Assembly (NCBI GenBank): GCA_955652245.1 | Contig: CATPAV010000154.1 | Span: 1 to 24,127 of the forward strand | From: an uncultured Candidatus Udaeobacter sp. | Lineage (GTDB): Bacteria; Verrucomicrobiota; Verrucomicrobiia; Chthoniobacterales; UBA10450 | Length of the DNA: 24,127 nt | Direction of reading: 5' to 3' | In this document: one piece after another, positions 16,073-23,296 of the stretch | Layout: each line of letters begins with the position of its first letter | How positions within the stretch are numbered: position 1 is the stretch's first letter | Translations under genes and position numbers: made by a program | The notes under the pieces: model-generated | The model's database searches: none | Seen by the model: the letters and a program-made list of their open reading frames with translations, nothing else | Told to the model about the DNA's origin: nothing

Positions 16073-16920
16073 TAAGCCCGATTGCGAGAGGCACCCAGGT
16101 AAAGGCAACGAACATCACTCGCCAGAGCAAATCGAACCTGGCGCTGGCATTTATTTCGTTAGGGCGCGAACGCAAGCGAGACATCAACATCTTCTACGCG
16201 TTTTGCCGCGTAGTTGACGACATTGCCGATTCTTCGGAGCTCAATGTCGCAGAAAAGCGACAGCGCTTGGCGGCATGGCGCGAAATGCTCCGCTCCGCGA
16301 TTCCAGGCGAGCCGGCCCTTGCGCATGAGGTGCGATGCTTGATCGACAAGTACTCGGTGTCCGTTGACACGCTTGAGGAAATTATTTCCGGCGTAGAGAT
16401 GGATTTGAGCATTTCACGGTATGCGACGTTCGAGGAGCTGCGAGTTTATTGTTACCGCGTCGCCAGTGCAGTTGGCCTCGTCAGCATCGAGATTTTTGGA
16501 TATCGCAATCCCGCCTGCAAAGGGTATGCGCTTCAACTTGGGCTGGCTTTGCAAATGACGAACATCATACGTGATATCGGGAAAGATTTACGCAACGGCC
16601 GAATCTATCTGCCGCACGAGGATTTGGCGCGGTGCGAATACTCCGAGGCGGAACTGAAAGATCGGCAATATAACCAGCGTTTCGTCCGCCTGATGGAGTT
16701 CGAAGCACAGCGGGCGTGGCAGTTTTTCTCAAGGGCGGCAGCGTCGCTTCCGCCTGAAGATCGACGATCGATGGTCGCCGCCGAGATCATGGGATCGGTT
16801 TATCGCGGCTTGCTTCGCCGAATCGAGCTGGACAAATTTCATGTTTTCGAAAAAGAATACCGCCTTAGCAAATTGGAGAAAGCGAGCCGAATCGCGGCGC
16901 AGCTACTAAAAGTCTTTTGA
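16060..16920 (+). CDS. Squalene/phytoene synthase family protein (HpnD/CrtB-like)
   Basis: YAFCRVVDDIAD, YCYRVASAVG and LQMTNIIRDIGKD...GRIYLP. The exact substrate cannot be read from the sequence. Confidence 0.92.
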   Translation: MDSIISPIARGTQVKATNITRQSKSNLALAFISLGRERKRDINIFYAFCRVVDDIADSSELNVAEKRQRLAAWREMLRSAIPGEPALAHEVRCLIDKYSVSVDTLEEIISGVEMDLSISRYATFEELRVYCYRVASAVGLVSIEIFGYRNPACKGYALQLGLALQMTNIIRDIGKDLRNGRIYLPHEDLARCEYSEAELKDRQYNQRFVRLMEFEAQRAWQFFSRAAASLPPEDRRSMVAAEIMGSVYRGLLRRIELDKFHVFEKEYRLSKLEKASRIAAQLLKVF

Positions 16921-17111
16921 AATAGCCGCTGCGAGGCAGTGGGTTGGATTGCTCTAATTTTCTCTAACCCGGCGGTGGCTCAAGATCTTAGCGGGCGAAA
17001 CCAATGAACGACGTGAACAAGGTGTTTGTCAGACCCTCACTCCGCCTCGTTTCAGCATAAAGCGCAACCTTGCTCAATAGGCGAAGTTGAATTCACCGAC
17101 ACAAATAATTT

Positions 17112-17501
17112 ATGAAAAAGAACTTTCTCGTGATTATTTCGTTTATTGCGCTGAGCTCTTTTGTTCTCAGCTCGTGTGACACTCCAGTTGGTCAGGGGGC
17201 CGGAATAGGCGCTGCGACCGGAGCGATCATTGGTGGCGCCGCTACGGGTCATGTCCGCGATGCGGCCATTGGCGCTGCCGCTGGTGCCGCGGCCGGCGCG
17301 TTAATCGGGGCGGCCGTCGAAGAGGATCAAGCTGCGCGTTACGGTCCGCCGCCTCCAGGCGGTTTTCCATTCGCGCGGTGGGCTGGGACGCCCGGTTTTT
17401 ACTACAGCCCTTACACCGGCCGCGTTTACGATCTTCGCGGTGTTCCGCCTGGCGGACTGGCTCGCGACGTCGACACCGGACGGCTTTTTCGAAAACCGTA
17501 A
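17112..17501 (+). CDS. Glycine-zipper lipoprotein
   Basis: Signal peptide with lipobox LSS-C, GAxIGAxxGAxIG repeats, and a Pro/Gly linker to a small C-terminal module. Confidence 0.88.
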   Translation: MKKNFLVIISFIALSSFVLSSCDTPVGQGAGIGAATGAIIGGAATGHVRDAAIGAAAGAAAGALIGAAVEEDQAARYGPPPPGGFPFARWAGTPGFYYSPYTGRVYDLRGVPPGGLARDVDTGRLFRKP

Positions 17502-17540
17502 CCGCACGCCAGTTTAGTTCAGAAGTTTGCGCACTTAAGA

Positions 17541-19010
17541 TCAACGCGTTTGCGCTTGGAGTGCATCCACAAGCGCCTGCGCTTCCTCCGTCATCTTCAG
17601 TAATTCCGGCCATCGGCGATGATAGTTCTCGCCTGGCAACTTGCGCGTTGCGTCAAACCCCATGTGGGAACCGATGTTCTGATCGGTGGGCGCGTGGTCG
17701 AGCGAATCGCTCGGATTCTTGATGATGGTCGTGTCCCGCGCGGGATCGGTGTTCGCGCACAGCCGGAAGAGCACGTCGCTGGTGTTGTGCACGTCGCAGT
17801 CCTCGTCAACCGCGACAATATATTTGCTGAACATCATCTGTCCCATCCCCCAGAGGCCGTGCATGACTTTAAAAGCCTGATAGGGGTACTGCTTCCGGAT
17901 ACTGACAAAGACCAGATTGTGGAAAACACCCTCCGGCGGCAGTGTCATATCCACGATTTCCGGGAAATTCATTTTGAAGACCGGCAGGAAAATCCGCACA
18001 CACGCGTCGCCAATATAATAATCTTCCATCGGCGGCACGCCGACGATGGTTGTCGGATAAATCGCGTCGCGCCGATGCGTAATCGCGGTCACGTGAAAAA
18101 CCGGATAATCTTCCACCGCGGTGTAAAACCCCGTGTGATCGCCAAATGGACCCTCCGGCCGCATCTCGCCAGGTTGAACATAGCCCTCCAGGACAAAATC
18201 AACGTCCGCCGGAACTTCGACGTCGATCGTTTTGCAGCGAACCAGCTCGACTGATTTTTTTCGCAGAAACCCTGCAAAGAGAATTTCATCCAAGCCGTCG
18301 GGCAGCGGCGCAGTCGCGGCAAACGTATAGACCGGGTCCCCACCTAATGTCACCGCGACCGGCATCCGCTCGCTGCGTTCATAATAACGTTTGCCATGGC
18401 GCGCACCAACTTTGTGAATTTGCCAATGCATTCCGGCCGTTTGCTCGTCGTAAATCTGCATCCGGTAGATGCCGACATTTCGCGCTCCTGTTTCGGGGTC
18501 ACGCGTGTGAACGTTCGGCAGGGTAATGAAACGCCCGCCATCTTTCGGCCAACATTTAAGGATGGGAAGATCGCGCAATGAAAACGTATTTCCGCTGTCG
18601 ATCTTATGCACGACTTCCTGGCAAGCGCCCTCCTTCACCTGTTTCGGCCGCGCGTGCAGCAGATGAATCCCTTGTTTGAGCAAACTCCAACCTTCTCGCA
18701 GATCGGTCGGCGGTTTTGCTTTCAGGATGAGTTGAATTTCCCGCGCAATGTCCCCAATGTCTGCGACCTGCAACGCCAGAGCCATGCGGCGGGGGGATCC
18801 CATCGTATTGATCGCCACTGGGAATTCCGATTTTATTCCGTCGATAATCGGCTGCTCGAAAAAAACCGCTTTCCCCCCACCAGACGATTTCATTTCACGG
18901 TCCGCCCATTCTGCAATGAGCAGATCGGTGTCGACCGGGACAGCGACGCGTTTCAACTCGCCCGCTTGGTCAAGAGCGTCGAGGAACTTTCGAAATGAGC
19001 GGTAAGCCAT
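17541..19010 (-). CDS. ubiD: UbiD-family prFMN-dependent decarboxylase (resembles the menaquinone futalosine-pathway subgroup)
   Basis: DGGRFITLP, RNVGIYRMQ, EGPFGDHTGFY, GVPPMED and VDED...DV. The subgroup call is by recollection of family pattern. Confidence 0.9.
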   Translation of the reverse strand: MAYRSFRKFLDALDQAGELKRVAVPVDTDLLIAEWADREMKSSGGGKAVFFEQPIIDGIKSEFPVAINTMGSPRRMALALQVADIGDIAREIQLILKAKPPTDLREGWSLLKQGIHLLHARPKQVKEGACQEVVHKIDSGNTFSLRDLPILKCWPKDGGRFITLPNVHTRDPETGARNVGIYRMQIYDEQTAGMHWQIHKVGARHGKRYYERSERMPVAVTLGGDPVYTFAATAPLPDGLDEILFAGFLRKKSVELVRCKTIDVEVPADVDFVLEGYVQPGEMRPEGPFGDHTGFYTAVEDYPVFHVTAITHRRDAIYPTTIVGVPPMEDYYIGDACVRIFLPVFKMNFPEIVDMTLPPEGVFHNLVFVSIRKQYPYQAFKVMHGLWGMGQMMFSKYIVAVDEDCDVHNTSDVLFRLCANTDPARDTTIIKNPSDSLDHAPTDQNIGSHMGFDATRKLPGENYHRRWPELLKMTEEAQALVDALQAQTR

Positions 19011-19069
19011 TTGTCAGGCGTGCCGCGACTCTGATTAGTTCTGTGGCAGAACGCGAGAGAATTCTTTAA

Positions 19070-19597
19070 TCAGCGGTACGGCGGCACCAAGTATTGGAAC
19101 GACACGACCCGTCCATTTGCGAACGTGACCGTCTTAGTGGGATACGGAATGCTCGGCGGAATATACGAGTAATAGAATGGATCGAAGAAAGGATCACCAA
19201 AGAACACAAAAGAGCGACCGCCATGATGATGATGGCTGCCCACAAAACCGACGCTCGTAAATCCGAAACCGTAGCCGAATCCACGACCGTAGTACGGATA
19301 AGGGTATGGATAGGGATAGGTCGTGTAATTTACATAAATCCAAGTCTCACTTGGACGACCGCGCATATTACCCACAATTTTCCGATCGGGCGAACCCCAG
19401 GCCAGCCACACTGCATTTTGCGACATGCCCGCGCGAATCTGTCCCTGGCTCACCAGCGCCTGGTCGCGGGAAGAAAGGGTTTGGTAAATTTCGGGGTGTC
19501 CGGAGATTCGTGTCTCGGTGGTGGAACAACTCGCAAGAGTTAGCGCGCTGGCTGCGATGCCGAACGTCAGAGTCCGAAAAAAGAAAGGACGCTTCAT
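19070..19597 (-). CDS. Lipoprotein with an SmpA/OmlA-like fold and a Tyr/Gly/Phe-rich insertion; likely start ATG 19597
   Basis: Lipobox LAS-C, motif GMSQNAVWLAWGSPD...ETWIY, and terminal VTFANGRVV strand pair. Confidence 0.8.
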   Translation of the reverse strand: MKRPFFFRTLTFGIAASALTLASCSTTETRISGHPEIYQTLSSRDQALVSQGQIRAGMSQNAVWLAWGSPDRKIVGNMRGRPSETWIYVNYTTYPYPYPYPYYGRGFGYGFGFTSVGFVGSHHHHGGRSFVFFGDPFFDPFYYSYIPPSIPYPTKTVTFANGRVVSFQYLVPPYR

Positions 19598-19683
19598 AGG
19601 AAAAATCATACGGCCTCAGAGTTATGAGTCAATCATATCACTTCCTTGATTCAACTCCACATTAACCGTAACGTTGCGATTGA

Positions 19684-20685
19684 ATGCAGGATCGACATGG
19701 TCATCACATTTCCTACCTGCGCGTTTCGATCACAGACCGTTGCAACGAGCGCTGCGCCTATTGCATGCCGCACGAACTGCAGGAGTGGTTTCCGCGCAGC
19801 GAGATTCTGACTTACGAAGAGACGCTGCGTCTCATCCGCATCGGGGTAGAGTTGGGTGTATCGAAGGTGAGGATCACTGGCGGCGAGCCGCTCACTCGGC
19901 GCGGCGTGCTCGATCTTGTTCGCGAGCTTCCGAAAATTCCGGGCCTTTGTGACGTCGGCCTTTCCACGAACGGGACGCTCCTGGCGCGCGAAGTTGAGCC
20001 GCATCGGACAATGGCGGCAGCTTTACGACACGCCAGCGTGAGATCAGTCAACATCTCGCTCGACACGTTAGATCGACATGCTTATTCCGAAATCACCGGG
20101 CGCGATTTACACGCACAAGTCCTAAACGGGATCGATGCCGCCGTCGCAGCAGGATTCGATCAAATCAAATTGAATACGGTCCTAATGCGCGGCAGGAATG
20201 AAGACCAATTAATTCCGCTGATCGAATTTGCCGCGGCGCGCAATCTGATCCTGCGTTTTATTGAGATGATGCCCGTCAGCACGAGAGAAGTTCTCGATGA
20301 AGAAAATTTCATATCGATTTCTGAGGCGAAGCGGGCGATTGAATCGCGTTACGGCAGCTTGATTCCACAGCCCGATTTTCGAACGAATGGCCCGGCCGCG
20401 TACTATCAAATCCCTGGCCGCCAGCAACGCATCGGGTTTATTGGCGCAATGACGAACCTCCATTTTTGTGAGAGCTGCAACAAACTTCGTCTCACGTGCG
20501 ATGGAAAATTACGTCCTTGTCTCGGCAGCTACCTCTAATTCGACATCATGAAACCCCTTCGGGCTGGCGCAAGCAATGAGGAACTCCAACAATTTTTCCT
20601 CGATGTCGTCGATCGAAAGCCTGAGCAACATGATTTTCGCGACAATTACAAGCCGGGCCGCAAAATGATCGCAATCGGTGGCTGA
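19684..20685 (+). pseudogene. moaA: GTP 3',8-cyclase MoaA interrupted by an in-frame TAA at 20536-20538 (pseudogene, split gene or sequencing error)
   Basis: CNERCAYC radical-SAM motif, ITGGEP and FCESCNKLRL-x7-C. The same frame resumes after TAA as FDIMKPLR...KPEQH...RKMIAIGG-TGA, the canonical MoaA C terminus. Confidence 0.92.
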
Positions 20686-21144
20686 TTGGTGAAGCGGCTT
20701 ACGCATATCGGCGCCGATGGTCGCGCGCAGATGGTTGATGTCTCGGGCAAACCACCCTCTATCCGGACGGCGGTTGCGACAGGAAAAATTCAGCTCCGGC
20801 GCGAGACACTTGATTTGATTTCGAAAGACCAAATTGCAAAGGGCAACGTCTTTGCAACTGCCCGGATTGCTGGGATTCAGGCCGCTAAACAGACCGCCCA
20901 GCTCATTCCGCTTTGCCACACGTTGCCGTTGGGCGAAATCAACATCGATATCGTCACTTCAGATAATTTCGCAGAGGTAAAATGCACTGCGCGCACTGTT
21001 GCGCAGACCGGCGTCGAAATGGAGGCGCTCACTGGCGTCGCCGTCACGCTTCTCACGATCTACGATATGTGCAAGGCAGTCGACAAAGAGATGCAAATCT
21101 CCAACGTACGGCTCATCGATAAAACGAAGAGACCGCTCGAGTGA
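20686..21144 (+). CDS. moaC: Cyclic pyranopterin monophosphate synthase (TTG 20686 or GTG 20689 start)
   Basis: LTH...AQMVDVSGK, ARIAGIQAAKQT, LIPLCH, TGVEMEAL and IYDMCKAVDK. Confidence 0.97.
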   Translation: MVKRLTHIGADGRAQMVDVSGKPPSIRTAVATGKIQLRRETLDLISKDQIAKGNVFATARIAGIQAAKQTAQLIPLCHTLPLGEINIDIVTSDNFAEVKCTARTVAQTGVEMEALTGVAVTLLTIYDMCKAVDKEMQISNVRLIDKTKRPLE

Positions 21145-21210
21145 TGGAGTAATGGAGTAATGGAAACAAAACAGCACTCCAACACTCCAACACTCCATCA
21201 CTCCATCACT
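21143..21210. repeat. Inverted octamer-repeat element: (ATGGAGTA)x2-ATGGA ... (CACTCCAA)x2-(CACTCCAT)x2-CACT
   Basis: Read directly from the sequence. The left arm 21143-21164 is reverse-complementary to 21186-21207 at 19 of 22 positions. Confidence 0.9.
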
Positions 21211-21690
21211 TCGATTGCCGTCGGCATTATTACGATTTCGGATCGCGCCAGCGCTGGCGATTACGAAGATCTCGGTGGCCCTGCATTAAAAGAGGCTATG
21301 CAAAAAGCGGGCTGGCAGGTCCTCTCCGAAGCGATTATTCCAGACGACACAACGCGCATTCAGGAAACGATTCGCTCCTTTTCCCGACAAGGTTGCGGCT
21401 TGATCTTGACGACGGGCGGGACAGGAGTTGGCCCGCGCGATGTCACTCCGGAAGCAGTCCACGCGATCATGCGTGTGGAACTGCCCGGTTTCGGCGAAGT
21501 GATGCGCGCTGAGTCGATGAAAATCACGCCGAACTCGATTTTATCCCGCAGCCTTGCGGCGATTGTCGATTCTTCATTGGTAATCGCACTTCCGGGAAAG
21601 CCGAGCGGTGCGGTGGAATGTCTTGGTTTCGTGCAAGGCGCAATCCCGCACGGAGTCGCACTGGCACAACGAAGGCCGACTTCGTGTTGA
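21160..21690 (+). CDS. mog: Molybdopterin adenylyltransferase (Mog/MoaB family) with a repeat-derived N terminus
   Basis: GIITISDRASAG, TTGGTG-x-GPRDVTPEA, PGFGEVMR, LSR and LPGKP. It follows moaC. Confidence 0.92.
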   Translation: METKQHSNTPTLHHSITSIAVGIITISDRASAGDYEDLGGPALKEAMQKAGWQVLSEAIIPDDTTRIQETIRSFSRQGCGLILTTGGTGVGPRDVTPEAVHAIMRVELPGFGEVMRAESMKITPNSILSRSLAAIVDSSLVIALPGKPSGAVECLGFVQGAIPHGVALAQRRPTSC

Positions 21691-21697
21691 ACTGGGG

Positions 21698-21722
21698 GCG
21701 ACCGCCGGGCGCGCCGCGACTC
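21698..21722 (+). repeat. GC-rich extragenic repeat between convergent mog and M23 genes
   Basis: Bases 21698-21716 are identical to the reverse complement of 3559-3577. Bases 21708-21722 match 19017-19031 at 14 of 15. Confidence 0.75.
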
Positions 21723-21727
21723 AATCA

Positions 21728-22768
21728 TCAGTCCGGCCAAATCAGAAGTCGCATCAGTCGTCGGCCGTATTCGGTGAGATGCGCGCCCTGCCCTCGACCG
21801 GATATTTCGTCGCGTGTGAGATAGGAATAATCGATTGGGCTCGTTTTGACGTAACTCAGTTCTGGCTGCGTCACATGTTTGGCGCTTGGTTCTATTTTCA
21901 GTGGCAAGCCCGAGCGCGCGAATGAAACTTCCCACGACGATTTCTCGCTTCGACTGCTGCCCGCCAGCATCCAGGGATAAAGTCTCGGCAGCTCAAAGTG
22001 CGACGATTTTGGCAGCGTCACTTTGTAAAATGTCTCCTCGTCATTGAGGAATTCTGGAATTGTGAGCGAAGGATTTCTGTGGAGTGCGAGATAGAGCCGT
22101 GCGATATCGAGACCGGCAAGGTTGATGCCGTTGTAAATGCCATTGTGATTGGGATCGTTTTTGAAGAATGCGTCGTGCCACGCTTCGAATCGATGGCTGA
22201 GCATCAGATTCAATTCCAAGTGGAGATGGGCACGCGCCTGATTTAAGCCCGTGCCGGTGTAACCCATCACGGCGATTCGCTGGCCGCGTCGCACGGATTC
22301 GCCTGGCTGCACCGCGACTGAACTTAGATGCCCATACAAGCTGTAATAGTTTGAGCCGGCCCACCGGTGCTCTATCACGATGTACTTTCCATAGTTAGAG
22401 TAGCCGGGCACGAGGTTCGTATGCACCACTTTGCCATCCGCAATGGCGCACACGTCATCAAGCGGCTCGCTGCGGGCATCACGGCGCAGAGGTCGAATGT
22501 CGATTCCTTCGTGGAAGCGGGTGTAAACGGTACCTGCCGATGTCTCGACGGGATCACGCACAAACCCGTATTGGCCACCTTCCCACGGCGTTGATTTCAC
22601 TCCTTTATAATTGCGCTCAATATATTGGTAGAACGCAGAACCGCCGCCGGAGAAAAGAGCGTCGTTGTCCGTTGGAAGCACGAGATCGAGAACGGATCGC
22701 TCGGTCTGGGCCATCATCGAGAAATGCGAAAGAATGACGAGCGCACCCGCCGCAGCAAATAATCGCAT
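21728..22768 (-). CDS. Exported M23-family metalloendopeptidase
   Basis: Signal peptide, HEGID (HxxxD), IADGKV, YGKYIVIEH, YGHL, GQRIAVMGYTG and HLH (HxH). Confidence 0.93.
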   Translation of the reverse strand: MRLFAAAGALVILSHFSMMAQTERSVLDLVLPTDNDALFSGGGSAFYQYIERNYKGVKSTPWEGGQYGFVRDPVETSAGTVYTRFHEGIDIRPLRRDARSEPLDDVCAIADGKVVHTNLVPGYSNYGKYIVIEHRWAGSNYYSLYGHLSSVAVQPGESVRRGQRIAVMGYTGTGLNQARAHLHLELNLMLSHRFEAWHDAFFKNDPNHNGIYNGINLAGLDIARLYLALHRNPSLTIPEFLNDEETFYKVTLPKSSHFELPRLYPWMLAGSSRSEKSSWEVSFARSGLPLKIEPSAKHVTQPELSYVKTSPIDYSYLTRDEISGRGQGAHLTEYGRRLMRLLIWPD

Positions 22769-22774
22769 GGCCGA

Positions 22775-23242
22775 TTATCGCTTGCGCTGGCCAAGCAACT
22801 GCCAATCTTTTTTCATCAAGGTAACGTCGGCCGCAGTCAGTCCGGAAGCGATGTAGATTTTTCCGTCGGAAACGCGCTTGTCGATTTCAAGCTCCGTGAT
22901 TGGCCGCCCATTGATGATTACAAAAAGTAAACTGCCCCGGCGCTCGATGCTTAAAGTGTCGAGCGCGATTCGACCGTGCTCATCGAGTTGAAACAGCGCG
23001 CCATAAGTTCCGTTTGCCGCCGGATAAGGGTAAAACCCGATGACATCCTGTTCCGAAATGCGCGGTATCTTTTCAATCGCAACATCTTTCCCGGAGAGCT
23101 GGGCGCGTACGGATGTAGAAAAGACCGCGGTATCTTGCGGATTCCCCTGCGCATGCACGCGGAAAATGCAATGTCGCTCTTTCGCAATGGCGGCCGGTAG
23201 CGCCAGAAGCAGCGAGAACGCGAACGCGCAGAGAGTCTTCAT
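22775..23242 (-). CDS. Exported protein resembling the SecD/SecDF P1 head subdomain; likely start ATG 23242
   Basis: Signal peptide MKTLCAFAFSLLLALPAAIA. The pattern LFQLDEHG...L...GSLLFVIINGRPI...I...SDGKIYI.SGLT matches the SecD head by eye. Confidence 0.7.
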   Translation of the reverse strand: MKTLCAFAFSLLLALPAAIAKERHCIFRVHAQGNPQDTAVFSTSVRAQLSGKDVAIEKIPRISEQDVIGFYPYPAANGTYGALFQLDEHGRIALDTLSIERRGSLLFVIINGRPITELEIDKRVSDGKIYIASGLTAADVTLMKKDWQLLGQRKR

Positions 23243-23296
23243 GCCGATTGATAAAGAGTTTGACAGGATTTGCAACGTTTGCTGTTTAACCCGCTC

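Noticed and set aside
16990-17030. GGGCGAAACC resembling the start of a c-di-GMP-I riboswitch
   Set aside because: The downstream GNRA stem, GGGACGCAAAGC and tetraloop-receptor elements are absent.
19043-19052. 10-bp match (GTGGCAGAAC) to the reverse complement of 23852-23861 in the loop of the second octamer element
   Set aside because: A 10-mer match is expected by chance at this window size and does not extend.
19610-19683. Possible Moco/tungsten riboswitch upstream of moaA
   Set aside because: The spacer is under 90 bp, AT-rich and shared with a divergent gene; there is no room or matching structure.
20536-20538. Genetic-code reassignment or Sec/Pyl recoding to explain the moaA stop
   Set aside because: The codon is TAA, which terminates other genes here (DUF1330, FHA, both lipoproteins). 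Sec uses TGA and Pyl uses TAG.
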